This document shows, piece by piece, positions 34,280 through 48,800 of a stretch of 64,000 nt of DNA (the first letter of the stretch is position 1; each line of letters opens with the position of its first letter). The DNA comes from Lophium mytilinum (taxonomy: Eukaryota). The notes under the pieces were generated by a model. That model made no database searches and was not told where the DNA came from. It saw only the letters and a list, made by a program, of their open reading frames with translations. The position numbers were made by a program, and so were the translations under genes. The stretch covers positions 1,496,018 to 1,560,017 of the forward strand of contig MU004187.1 of assembly GCA_010093605.1 (NCBI GenBank), given 5' to 3'.

Positions 34280-34455
34280 TCCCGCTGCGTAGCCCCTCTA
34301 GAACTAACTAGTTAAACCTAAAATAAGAATATCTAACTACTATTTTAAATTATTCTTAGCCCGCATAACTAGCCTAGGTCTAAAACTAACTAGTTAAATA
34401 AAAAAGGGAGAATTATTAACTAATACCTAAATTCTTTTTAACCCGCATAACTAGT
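34280..34455 (+). repeat. degenerate ~82-bp tandem repeat in the Copia 5' leader
   Basis: AACTAACTAGTTAAA recurs at 34302 and 34384; CCCGCATAACTAG recurs at 34360 and 34442. Confidence 0.6.
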
Positions 34456-35013
34456 ATAACTCTAGAATAACTCTAGATTTCTTAAATCTATTAAGATCTA
34501 TAATCTTATATAGACCTATTTAAATTATTTATAACCTATATAACTAGCTTAGGCCTAGGCCTAACTAGCTTATAATAAATAACTAGACTATAATAACTTT
34601 AAAAGTATTCTTCTATTATTACCTAAAATACCTACTAAAGATAAAAAGAAGTCTACTCTAGAGTAAATTAACTATTAAACACTTAAACTAAGAAGAAATT
34701 AATATCTTAAGATAGTAGGGTGCTTCTTAAAATTAAGGTTTAAGCTAGTAAAGACTAGAGTAACCTATATCTATTTCTAGATTAACTTTAGCCGCTAAGT
34801 AGTATAGCCTATTTATATTAAATAATACTTACTTAGTAAAGAAAATATAAAAGAACTTATTTCTTTCTCTAAAATAAAGTCTTTAACTATACTCTAATTA
34901 GGCGCTTATATAAGATATAATCTTTATAAAAGACTATTAAAGATAGCTACTACTAGAATCTATTAAATACTTAACTAATAATATTTTTCTTATCTTATAA
35001 AAACCTTTCTATT

Positions 35014-38000
35014 TATTACAGTGCAATATAGAATTATAATAGAAAACTAATAGTATTAAGTATATAATAAAGTAGCTATAAGAAGAGAGAGTAAGGCGCG
35101 GAGCGCCGGCCGAGAGGTAGGCGAGGCTGGCGCTAAGCGAGGTTAGGTAACGGTGGCACGTAATAGAAGCCACGTAATGTTATTACCTGTAATAGAAATG
35201 TATTATAATAAGGGTTATATTATAGCTATAATACTACCCCCCTCTAAAAGAAAGCTATATAGATGCAGTCTTTCTATTCTAGTAGTTTTATTCTTACTAT
35301 TAAATATCCTTTTTATAGGGTAGTTCTTTAATTAATTAATTAAATTATCTTATAGAGGTATAAATAAGCTATTATTTATCTAGGCCTTATTATAGGTGCG
35401 CGCTAGGCCTTAGATATAAGGTTAGTAATATAGTTAATCTTTTATACATTACTAAGCTTTATTGCGTAGTCTATATAGTATAGTATTATCTAATTTCTTA
35501 TATAAATTAGTAATAGCTTAGCCAGCCAGTACTAGTTAAGTTAGTAAGGTAGGGGACGGGCGTTAACTATAGAGCGTTATTATAATTAGGGCGAGTAGCG
35601 GCTTCTAGTATTTTAGTTTCTAGAAGGACTTATAGAGTTCTTTTACTTTTAGGTAGGCGTAGTAATAGTCTATAATAATATTATAGTAGTTAGTAATACT
35701 AGTATAGAACTTCTATTAAGAATTAGCGTTTTATTTAGGGTAACTAGTATAAAGGATTTTATACTAAAGCAGGCCCTTTTAGTTTATAGCTAGGTTAAGC
35801 ATGGCTTTATTAATACGTAAGTTAATAATCTTATTAATATTTTATTACTTATAGCCTTCTTTATTAATCTTAATAGGTTTAGGTTTCTTCTAGATTTATT
35901 CTTCTAACGGCTTATGCGTAATATAATAAAGTAGCTATAGGTAGAAGACGTTAAATACTCCTTTTATAGTACGCGGGAGAGATAGCTAGTAGGTAGTGTT
36001 ATTAATAACTTTAGTAACTTTAAATAGACTAAGTTATTTATAATTAAGAGACTTATTTAGGTGTTGGGTTTTAATATTGCGCGTGTTAAGCATAACTTAG
36101 TTACCAACTTTAAATTCCGTAGCTAGTTTCTATTTATAGTTAGTAAATTCTTCTTATTTAGCTTATACCTATATTAATTTATCTTAGAGAAAGAGGCGTA
36201 GGTTATTTAGTCGTTTAGTAAGCGCGTTAGCCTTTTCTCTAAGAGGTTTTTATAGCCCTTTAACTATAGAGTTATTAGCTAGCTTAAGACCTAAGCGCGG
36301 ATTATATTCTTTTATAGTAATAAAGAGAGAGATGCTAGTAGTTATCTTATCTAAATTAGCTTTAAACTTAGTAATAGGTAGGAGATTAGCCTAGTTATTC
36401 TACTTATAATTAATATACGCGTGTAAGTACTATTTAAGTACTATATTAGTAATTTCTATCTATCTATCTATTTTAGAATAGAAGGTAGTAGAGAGCTTTA
36501 GCTTTATTCTAACCCAGGTATATAGTTGTTTCTAAAAATAGGATATAAATTAAGGTCCGCGGTTAGAAATAATAGAGTATAGGTATTCTTCTTCTTGCTA
36601 GATCTATTTAATAAATGCCTGTATAATATCTTTAGCCTCTATAGAGTCTATAGCTATAAACTTCCTCTTCTTTAAGAACCGATTAATAATAACTATAATA
36701 TATTTAAGCTTGCGTCTCTATTACTTGTAGATTAGTAAGGGGGTAATAAAGTTAATAGAGATATAATACTAGTATTAATTTAAAATAGGCAGAGAATAGA
36801 GAAGTTCTTATTTACTCTCTTAGGAATGCTTTACTCTTTTATAGGCAAGATAGGCGCTAATATATTAGTTAATAAAGGACGTTATCTAAGGCTAGTAATA
36901 GTACTTATAAAGTTATGCATAAGTTAATATTATTCTAGAGTATCTAGCTAGCTTAGGTTTATATATTAAGTATATAATATAAGTGCGTAGTTATTTAATA
37001 TCTAGAATATAGAGCCGCTTATAGATATAGAGAAGGTTATTAATAACTTTATAGTTGCCTAATTCTATTCGCAAGTAATAATCTTAATAGAACTGCGTAG
37101 GCAGTTATTATTAGTTACGGCGCTTAGCGTATTTAACCGCTTATATAATAGGGTTACCTTTAGAATACTTTTAGATCCTTTAAAGAATTTAATTACCTAT
37201 AAGAACTATTTTCTTAAATAAATTATTTAGCTTATTATTTATAGGCAGCTTCTTAATAGTAGAATTATATAGCTTATCTACTAGAGGTATCTTATTCTTC
37301 TTAGGGCGTCCTTATAGGCAAGCTGGGCTAGAGTTATTTATTTTATTTAGTATAGCTGCTGTTTAAGAAGCTGCAGGCGTAGTTAACTTCTTAGGGCGGC
37401 CCCTTATCTAAATGCGTAGTCTAGAGTTATTTAGCTTATCTAGAGTAGCGGGCGGAGAGTGTATATACATAACTACTACTAAGTAGATATTATTATTATC
37501 TAGGTAATTAAATTTACTAAAGTTATATATTATCTTAGCTAATTTAATAGAAGTATATTTAAACGTATTAGTAAGAATATATGCAAGCTTAATAGTATAA
37601 TACATTTCTAGCTTATAGTTAAATAGTTTTAGTATAACTTATTCTTAATACTTATATCTATTATCTTTTAGGGCTAGCTTATTACCTAGTTATTAAGTTA
37701 GTAGATTAGGCTTCTTATTTTACTTGCCTGGTTTATATATAATCCTAAAGTTAAACTTAGCTAGAAACTTAGCCTAGCGAGCTTATTAATAATTAAGGCG
37801 CTTAGAAGTTATAAATATTTAAAGGTTCTTATAGTCTAAGATAATATTAACGGGGCTATTATACTTCTATTCTTATCTAGTAAGCTCTAGTCTCTATTCT
37901 TTAAAGGTAAGTACTATAGCAAGAAGCTCTTTATTATAGATAGCGTAGTTAATCTATTATAGTATTATACATTATAATATAAAGGTAACCGGGCGGAGCG

Positions 38001-41000
38001 TTCTATTAGGCTAGACCTATAATAGCACGGCGGCAGTTATATAGTTAGAGGAATCGCATTTAACCTAGGTATTATAGTCGGGGTTCTATAGTGCGAGCTA
38101 CGGGGCTACGCAAAAATATTTCTTAATATTGCGGAACGCTTTAGCTTTATTACTATTATCTAGCTATAGAAACTTAAAGCCTTTTCTAATAGCTAATATA
38201 AGCGTTATTAATAGAGCTATAAATGTAGAGTAGTTAGTAATAAAATAATAATAGAAATTATAGAATCTAAGGAAAGCTTAAACGTTCTTAAGGTTTTATA
38301 GTGTTAGCTAGTCTAATACTATTTAGACCTTTAATAGGTCTATCTAAACACTATTAATGCTAATAAGTATACTAAGATATTTAACTTTATTAATAGTAAA
38401 TTTGCATTTATAGATATTAAGGAATAGTCTAGCGTTATAAAGCTTAGTAATAATTATAAGAACGTGCGCCTTATATTCTTCTAGTATATTACTATATATT
38501 AGGACGTTATCTATATATATAGTATAGAAGTTATTAAGGTATTTCTATAAGGTATTATTAATATAGGCCTAGAAGGAGCTGGGTGTATTATATAACCTAA
38601 ACGGAAGTACTATAAACTTAAATAACCCCTAATAGGTAAGAAAGGCCGTCTTATATTTATTACCTTCTTTAATTTATAATGCATTAAATGCGCTAATTAT
38701 ATTAAGCTTAGTATAGTACCTAGCTTTAGCTAATAAGGCGAGAGTGTCTTTAATAAGTAGTGGTACGTTGCAGCTTTTAACGCTAATTTTATTAAGGCCG
38801 CGGTAATTAATATAGACTTAAAGTCCTCCTTCTAGTTTCTTAATAACTAGCGTAGGTGCAGCGTATAATAATAAGCTGGGGTGGATAAATCCTTTAGTGC
38901 GCATTTTATTAATAAAGGCTTTAATAATAGCGGCTTAGTCTCTTAAGAGGCTATATACCTTATAAGCAGGTAGTTTAAAGCCGGGGAGGACATTAATTAC
39001 GTAATCTATTAGCCTATAAGGCGGTAGTTTATTTACTTCTTAAGGGTTCTATATATTAGCTATATAATAGAGCTAGTTAGAAAGTAAAGCTTTAATTTTC
39101 TAATTTATAATAGGGGGGCGGTTTATTTTCTTAAAGAACTTGCGATAGTTAGATAGATTAATAGTAAAGATATTAGCGGTAAAAGCAGCTATTTATATAT
39201 TATAGAGAATATTATTAATTTTAGATAGGCTATATAGAGCTAGGTCTGCTTCTAGAGTAGATATTTATAGAGGATAAGTTATAGGCTAAGGCTAATAGTA
39301 TTTATAATTCTCTATTTATTATAGTTTTACCTAATTATTATTCTAGAGTTAGATAATATAGTTCTCTTTGCTATTGCGCTAGAGCTTTTAGCAGGCTGCT
39401 ATTATATTCTTTACCTTATCTAGTTCTAGGCTAAGTTTCTAATACTTATTAAAGACTTCTTAAAGTGCGGTATTATATATACGCTTACCTACTTAGGTAA
39501 TATTATAGTCTTTACTATTACTCTATACGCGTCTATATCTATCTATATATAGATAATAATTATAGTAGAAGTCTTTATTAAAATTAAGGGCGTGCTCGCC
39601 CTATATAATATTAGGCTTATATTTCTTAAACTATAGTATACCTAGAATAATATTATAGCTCTTAAAGTTAGTAATATAATACTATATATTCTCCGTATAA
39701 GCTTCTAAGAATAGCGTAAGCTAGGCCTTATAGGTTACGAGCTTTATAGGTATACTATTAGCTAAGCGTAGAGAAATAGAAGTAGCTAGCGGAAGTATTA
39801 TTAGCTTATTAGTTTTAGCGTATAATTATAAGATAAAAGTAAAGTAGAAGCAGCCCGTATTAGTAAGGTAGTAGCTACTAGTTATGCTAATAGGTATATA
39901 GATTCTATACTTAAAATTTAACTACTTACTATAAGTAATGTCTTAGGTTAAGTTAGTAGAATAAGCTAATAGCTAGATTTTACCGGGCTTAGAGGGCGGC
40001 CTTTCTAACTCTTAGATACGGGCTATAATAGTACTTAGAAAGAATTCTATATAGCTCTATCTATAACTATAGTTAGAGCCTATATAAAACCCTCTTTCTT
40101 ACTATTATTATTACTACTACTATTACTTAGAACGCTAGAAGATAAAAGTTTATTAGTATAAGTAATAATAGCTAGGTCCTCTCTATTACTATTAATAGAG
40201 ATTAGGTTATTATTATTCTTATTAGCGTAGTAGATTGCGGAAAGCTTAAGTTTAAGGCTACTATTAGCTTTAGATAGGCGCTCGGTTAGCTTATACTTAG
40301 ATAGAGGGGGGTTCTAAGCGCAAGAGCGCTTAGAGTTATTAGCTTAGTAACCCTTCTTAATATAGTAAAAATAGTAGCCTTTAGTGCGCAGAACCGCTAT
40401 AACCGTAGAAGAAAGGTAAATAGGGCGGTTACCCTAATTCTTATTATTATTGCGAGTTAATAACTATTATGCGTAGCTCTGCTTAGGGCGGCGGTCTTAG
40501 TAGTTATTTAGTTAGTAATTACTTAAGCAGTTATTACAATAGCTATTATAGAAGCTAGTTAGTTAAGAGGGCTAAGTAGTTATATTACGCTAAGCGTTGT
40601 TCTAAAGAAAGGCTTTAGCGCGGAATACTATAGTAATAAGTGTAGGCTAGTCTAGATAGCTATTAGCGCTACTAAATACTTAGGTACTAAGGTCTAGGTA
40701 TAGAAGGCGTTTAAGCTATCCTTTTTTAGATATAAAGGGCATCTAGTTCTTATTATTAATATTAGTTATCTCTTTAAAACGTAGTATATATATATTCTAT
40801 AACTTATAGCCCTTTATCTTTACTTTAGAGCTATAGAGGATATTATCTATATATATAGGCTTATTAAAGATAGTAAAATATAGGTCTATATATATAAATA
40901 TCTAGTTAAAAGTTATAAAGTTTTTATTTAGCAAGGGCTTTTTAAACTAGGTATAGCTGCGGATAGTTACTTCTATATAGTTAACGCAGTATAACTTAAT

Positions 41001-43306
41001 ATATTCTATCTTACTCTATTTATCTAGGTATACTAGCCCTTTATATTAGAAGATAGCGTAGGTATAGCTCTTCTAAGATAGGTATTAGTATTTATTACTC
41101 TTACTAGTAAATTTCTAGAGGTTATAGAATTTAGGTTTATAGTCTCTATAGAGTTATAGGCGCGTAAGCTAAGTTATAGTATTATTATCTATAATAGTAA
41201 AGTTATTATAATTAGCATTATTATTATTATTGTCTTCTAAGTTGTAGTTAAGGTCGCCTGTAGCGGCGGCGGCAGCGCGACGTAACTATATAGGCGCTAA
41301 TGCTACTTTTTAGTTTACTTTTAAGTTAGTATACTGCCGCTTATATATAAGGCTAAGTTCTTTAAAGTAATTATACTAGGTTTATAGTTAATCTAAATTC
41401 TATTATACTATAGCAACGTCTTAATAGAGGGCTTTATTTTCTAAGCGTATCTTACCTAGTAGGAGGACTTTAGCTTTATAAGCTTTCTATTTAGTTATAA
41501 ACTAGCGGTTATACTTAGTATATGCCTTCTTATTCTCTAATTAAAGACGCGTAATATCTTTAGTTAGTTAGGTAACTTTAGCTTATAGATATAAAATCTT
41601 ATTAGAGTCTTAAGCTTAGTTATAAAGGGTAGTTAGCTTAGCGTTTTAGGCTTAGTAATTCTCTTAAAGAGATTCTAGGTTCTACTAGAATATAGTAACT
41701 CTATAGTATATATCTTTATAGTATTTAGAAACTACATTATAGAATACTTTAGTAGAGTTAAGGTTAATATTAATAGTATTAGCGACTCTATTACAGTTAA
41801 TATAGAACGTAATTCCTTTAGCTATTATAGTAAAGTATAACTTATAGTAGCTAGAGTTATAGTATGCTAGGCCTAGTATAGGCGATTCTAGGTTAGGCTG
41901 TAATATTATAGCTGCGGTAGAGGGACTCTACGCTAATAGGGGTAGATTATCTATATACTTCTTAGTGCGCTAGGCTTTCTAAGTAAATAGAAGGACTAGG
42001 CTTGCAGGAATATTATTATTCTATATATTAAGGAGGTTACCTTAAGTAAAGTAGACTACTTTCTAGAGGTCTATAGCTAACTAGAATTAAGTATTATTAT
42101 CTTTCTTATTAAGCTTGTCTAGTTTCTAGTTTAACTAGTTATTATTTTTCTTATTAGAGGTAACACGAAACTCTTTATCCTCTAGGTTAAGAGAGCGCCT
42201 ACTGCGCTAGAGAATAGTAGTTAGTTATTAACTATAGGCTACGGCTGCGCCTAGTTTAATAGTGCCGGCCTTTAGTATATAGAGTTTACTATAAGCGGCT
42301 AGCTATTCTAGGGTAGAACTAATACTATATTAAGATAATTTACCTACCTTTTTATATAAGAATTTTACGTATTAGGTTTCTTATTAGGCGTGTTAAGAGT
42401 CTAAGGCTAGTATAGATTAAGTAGTTTAACTCTTAAGGTTAGAGTATAGGTAGTTAGTATTACTACTCTTATTAACGTATATACTACTAGAGAAAGCTTC
42501 TAAATATGCTATAGTATATTTACCGCAACTTAGTATTATAGGTAGGTAGTTCTACTTATAGGGTCTTAAATAAGAAGGAACTAGTATTAGAGGGTTACAC
42601 TAGTTAACTATTACTAGTTAGGTAATAGTAGAAGGTGTTCTAGTAGGTAGATAATAGTCCGGGTAGTTAGATAAAGAAAAAGATTAGTATAGGTAGAAAG
42701 GTTATAGGGCCTTTATAAAAGCTAGTAAGTAGATATAGCTAGTGTACTTCTTAGCGGCCGTTCTTAGCGGCGGAGTTAATTAGTAAATAACTGCACTTAG
42801 TTTAGTTAGTTTACGCGTGCGCGTGCGGGTAGAAGTATAATAGTAAGTAGGTTTATAGGGCCTACGCGTTAGTTTATATATATAACGGGGTGTAGTATTC
42901 TTACTATAAGGTTATAGGGCCTTCTAAGATTATAGAGTCTTCTTTTATTTTATTAGTTTCTTATTAATAAAGGTTACGGGAATTAAATTTTAGTAGCTAT
43001 AGAGGCGCCGGTATATATATATATAGGTAGGTAGATAAAAAAAGTACTTTTAATATCTTCTAGAAGCTAGAAGAGTAGCTACTTTATATTATAGTGTAAT
43101 ATAGAATTATAATAGAAAACTAATAGTATTAAGTATATAATAAAGTAGCTATAAGAAGAGAAAGTAAGGCGTAGAGCGCCGGCCGAGAGGTAGGCGAGGC
43201 TAGTGCTAAGTAAGGTTAGGTAATAGTAGCATGTAATAGAAGCTACGTAACGTTATTACCTATAATAGGAATATATTATAATAAGGGTTATATTATAGCT
43301 ATAATA
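35014..43306 (-). mobile_element. RIP-inactivated Ty3/Gypsy LTR retrotransposon #1 (8293 bp)
   Basis: 220-bp LTRs at 35014-35233 and 43087-43306, TSD CTATT/CTATC, PPT reads CTACCCCCCTCT on + at 35234. Minus-strand relics: VLPFGLCNAPS (~38600), YVDDV (~38510), RNase H DSS (~38050), integrase SDRGPQF (~36560). Order is RT-RH-INT. Confidence 0.92.
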
Positions 43307-45870
43307 CTATCTCTACTAACTAAAAATAATAAGTACTAATATTACTATATTAAAAGAGAAGACTCTATCCCCTCTAGCGGATATATAATAGATAACTCTT
43401 TATCTACTACTAGAAGTATAAACCTTTAGAGACTATTAGTTAAAACTAGATTAACTATCTCCCTATCTTCTATATTATACTATATAGCTTTCTAAGAAGT
43501 ATCTAGCTTATTATTTAACTTAATAGATAATATATTAACTAATAATATATTAAGTTTAGACTTAGATATAGATATATTTATTCTAGTTATCTCTTCTAAT
43601 AATAGCTCTAATTTCTACTAACTCTTAAGCGCTATACTAGCAGCCTAAGATATTAATAACTAAATTAGAGGGCGGTATAGCTCTATCCTTAATTAAAAAG
43701 CTAGAGTTAAGTACTAGATAGAGTAAGTAGAACCTTAAAGTTTAAAATTAGCTATAAATAAATAGATATAGAAGTCTCCTTAAACGTTAGCTATATAAGC
43801 TAACGCCTAAAGTTATATTAGAGGAACCTAAGTTAGAAGCAGTAAATATAGATAATAATAAAGAAGCTGCTTAAGTAAAGCTTAACTAATATAACGTAGC
43901 TATAATAGCTATAGAAATAGCCTTTTATATAGAATATAAATAGTAAGTAACTATATTACTTCTACTTATTAAACTTTAGCTTAATAAGTAAGAAAGAGTA
44001 TACATAGTAGTATATAATTAGTGCGGTAAGAACGCTAGAGAAGAAGTTAAGGCTAAAGAAGTTATACTTATAATACTAGAAACTATAAAATAACATTTTT
44101 AACTAACTAGTAGTGCTATATTCTAGTAGCTAACTTAAAGATATTACTTAATTACTCTAGTAGACTATAAAGAAGTTAACTACTATACTAAAAAGCTTTA
44201 GAAAGCTTATTAAGATCTTATTAATATTAATAGAAAGGTGTAAATAAGTAAATACTTTCTAGTATAATAGTTTATAACTAGTCTTAGATTAGAATATAAT
44301 ATATTTAAGACTATATTTAGCTAATAATATAGCCTTCTACTAGTATAGAATATTAATAATACTATTACTAAAAATACTACCACCTTTAATAAAGTAGTAA
44401 TAGCTATAGAGCGTAAAGAGCTTATACTTAAGAATCTAGTAGGAACCTTAAAAACTACTATAGTAGCTATAAAAGGAAAACCTAAATCTATACTAGTAGA
44501 ATTATCTAGTTATAAAGAAAAGTACTTTAAGAAATACTTATATTATAATAAAATATAATATACTTCTAACACTTACTAGTAACTATATTCTAAATTATAA
44601 GTTATATTTAAAAATAAGAAGAGGTAATATAAAGAAGATAACTCTAGTAATAAAAGGTTATAAGAAGACTTACTAGGTTATATAGCTAACTTAGTATTCT
44701 ACTTTTCTAATAGAATATTATATATTGTAACTATAGCTATAAAAGCTATAAAAGGTACTAATAGATTAAAGGTATCTAATATACTATAGCTAAAAGATAT
44801 ATAGTTAATTAATACTAGCTACTCTATTTATTACTTAAGTATAAAAGACGCGTTTATACTATTAACTCTATAGTAATATACTAGAATAGAACTAGGTAGA
44901 ATAGAAGAGTTATATATTTAACCTAACCTAATAGAAACTATATATATTAAGTACTACTATAAAGAAAAGAAAGTAGTTCTACTTCTTAATAATATATTAT
45001 ATATTCTAACTCTTAGCTATAACCTTATTTTAATTTTATAATTACTTAAGCTAGGTACTTAGATAGAATTTAAATTAACGTAAGTAGTTCTTACTTAAGA
45101 AAAGAATACTTTCTTAGCACCTTAATAGAACGGTATCTATATTCTAAACCTATAACTACTATAGTATATAGGGCTTATAGTCTATACTATTAAGAACCCT
45201 TTAAATTAAATCTAGTATAAATATATAAAATATCTAGATAAGTAAGAACTATAATACCTAAAAGAAATATCTATAGAAATAAAACCTATTTTAGAAGGTT
45301 ATATATATAAACCTTATATATAAAAAAGAATAAAGTTAGGCCCCTATAATTAACCTAATAAAAGGGGAGAAAGACCTATAGAATTTATCTATATAGATAT
45401 TACCGGCTAATTTTCTACTACCTATAATAGTTATAAATATTAGGTTACTTTTCTAGATAACTATACCTAAATAATATAGGTATACCCTTTATAAGAATAA
45501 AAGAAATTCTTCTACTATCTAAAGCTCTTTACTAATACGTTCTAAACTTAAGAGAGACGCATTTAATATATATAGCTTAATTAAGCGGGGGAGAACTTCT
45601 CTAGATTAGTTAAAGATTATTATTAAGACTAAGGTATACTTCTTAAAGCTACTAGACGCGATTAATATTAATCTAATAGAGTTGCGGAAGTTCTAAACTA
45701 AGTTATTATTAATAAAATTAATTTAATAATTATATAGTCTAGACTAGATAGAAAATACTAGCTAGAAGTTCTATAAGTAGTTACTATTATTTAAAACTAA
45801 AGTCTAAGCTTAGTTATATTAACTATACTATATAAAGCCTAGATAGATAATATTCTATAACTAGACTAGT

Positions 45871-48800
45871 TATAATAGATTACGCCCCGCCCTCTAGTTA
45901 TATATTTACCCGTTACCGGCCTCCTACCTCTATACCTATTATATTATCTAGCGCCGCCTACGCGCTAGCCTACCTAGCGCCTACGCGCCTCTCTTCTCTA
46001 TATATATAGTTTCTACCTAGAAGCCTCTCTTTCTACTCCTTATATAACCTTTTAAATTTAACCTAGTTATTTTATACTACTAAGCTTCTCTATACTATAA
46101 CTATAATATTAGGTTATATTAAAAACTCTAACTAGCACTAATTCTTTTTTACTATTACTACTTTAACCCTTATACCTTAGACCTTATACTTTAGACCTTA
46201 ATTTCTATTTACTAAGCTATCTAATAGCTTAGTAAGTATATACCTATATAACTATATATATAATACTAAAGAGTATATAGCTATACTACTCTACCTTACT
46301 AAGCGCTATTACTATATTCTTTATAATAAGCAATCCACCGCCTCTACTAGGCGCTAGAATAGAACCTAGACGCTCTAGGCGCAGTAGCTTATAACTAGCC
46401 TTCTACTTTCTACTATCTTATCTATAGTCCCGCGCGCCCTCTAAGTCTTTTTATAAGACTCTAAAGAGCGCGCCCCTTTAAAAGCTAACTAAAGAAGATA
46501 TATAATAGTCTACTTAAATAATACGCGTAGATAATACTTAGTAGGCCACTTAGAAGAAAGAGAATTAGCTTACCTAAGAGAACTAGCTTAACTAAGAGAA
46601 CTAGCTTACCTAAGATAAAGATACTACTAAAGATAATAATATTAATAATTCTATATATACCCCGGACCTAATAATCTATAGCTCTATTACTAAGTACTAT
46701 ACTTCTAGCCGGGGCCGTAACTAGGGCATGTTTTTTAACTCTATTAATAACGTTACTAAATTCCTAGATTATTTACTCCTGCCCGGTAATAACTAGTTTA
46801 ACGGTTTAATTAAGATTATAGACTTCTAGGACTTTCTTACGCAAGTTTAAGCTAACTCTATCTACTTCTTCTATATTCTTAGGAGCTATTAAGCTATAAC
46901 TAAGATCCTCTAGTAGATATATAAGAATAATTAGAAAGCGCAGTATAAACTCTAGAATAAAATTAGAGTCCTTAAAGATAAATATAATAAAAAGGATAAT
47001 AACTTAGAAGCCGCATATAAGAAACTTAAATATCTACTTAATATTAAAACTAAGCTTAGTAAATATAAAAATAAACTTTATATTTATAAGAAGATAGTCG
47101 CTTTTCTTAATATAGATATTAAGGCCTAGTAGAAGAACTATATTTAAGCTAATAAGTAATCTATAGAGTAAGGAAAAATTATAGAATGCCTTATAGCTAA
47201 CCTTACTTAAGTAGCTAAGAATAAGTATAAATATAATACGCGCCTTACTACTTTAGAGAATAAAATTAAAATACTATAGATACTTTAGCGCACTTTTATA
47301 CCTGCACCTACTATAGCCTCTTCTATAATAGCGCCTCTAGTAGTATACTATTCTATTACACCTCTACTACTAGTTAACCCTATTACTGCAGTAGCTAAAG
47401 ATCTGCTCGCCTCCCTTAATAGAGTAATTAAATCTAGAGAAGCGTAAGCTAATAATAGCCTCTTAGTAGGCCGTAATATAGGCTATAATACTAATTAAGC
47501 TTACTATACTATAGAGTATATAGGTAATATAAATTATACTTACTATACTATAGATTATATACGTGTTTACGGCCGCTATAACTCTAGCCTACCCTTATTA
47601 GATAATAGAAGCTTGCCTTATTATTGCAATTGCACGTGTAGTCCCTTTTATTATTATAATTACTTCTATAAGTGTTGCTCTTATTAACACTTACGCTTAT
47701 AATTATATTTATAAAACGTAAGCTATTACTATTACTAAGACCCCTATATTAAGACGTCTAAAGATTATTAAAACCTTAGTATTACTCTAAATAGAGTTTC
47801 TTATATAGAGGATAAGTTCTAGCTCTATCTAGATAAGTTTAGAGGTAATAAAGATAAGTACTCTAAGTTCTATTATAGATTTCTAAATAAAGTTAACTAT
47901 AGTAGCTACGCTATAAGATTTAGTAAACCCTTACGCCTTATCTATCTTAGTAAATAACTTATAGGCATACCTCTTAAAGGCTTCCGCGCCTAGTAAGATA
48001 GCTACTAGCTCTTTCTTACTATCTAGGAAGCTATTGCATTTTTAGACTCCTAATATAATAACTCTAATAAGATTAGAACTACTAAGAATAAGCTTTATAA
48101 GCTTATATAGACTACTAGTATAACTTTAGATTATATATAGAAGCTAATAAAGTTATATATAATCTACCTTCTAGGCTATAGGGGCTATAATAATATCTAT
48201 AACCTTAAGTAGAAACTTCGCCTAGATATTATAGCCGGCGCTATTTTAGATAAAGACTTTACTACTAGCCTATAGTATATTAACGCTGCACGTAAATAGC
48301 TCCGTAATAATAGTATTAATAAGAACGCGCAATCTAATAGTAACTATAGTTTTAGTAACTTTAACTATAACTAGCCTTAAGGCTTTAATTATAATAATTG
48401 CAACTGTAATAACTATAACTATAATAACTATAATTACTATAACTGTAATTATAATTATAACTATAACTACACTCTATACCCCCTAACTGTAGCTGCCGCC
48501 TCTATAACCTAGAAAGATATTAAAATTACGCCTCCCTTTAACTAGGTGCCCCCTAATAAACTCCGTAAGGGCGATAAAGAAGTACTTATAAAGAAAGGCA
48601 AGTATTTCCGCTACTATCTTTCTAAGTACTTTACCTAAAACCTATACTACTCTATAAATTAACTTAATAAATTAGGCTTTACTAATTATTAGATAGATGC
48701 ATCTCTAGCACCCTGTTTTAATAATTGCGCTACTTGCGTTAAAGAACTTTTAGATAATAATAATAATAGTTTTAATAACTATAAAACTCTTAATAATAAG

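Noticed and set aside
37408..37605. Short ORFs in the AT-rich block (also 49863-50069)
   Set aside because: These are chance ORFs in RIP-degraded retrotransposon sequence.
48390..48470. AACTAT/AATTAT-type tandem repeat
   Set aside because: Best explained as a RIP-mutated low-complexity (Asp/Arg-like) stretch of Gypsy #2 gag; it has no CRISPR-like repeat-spacer structure.
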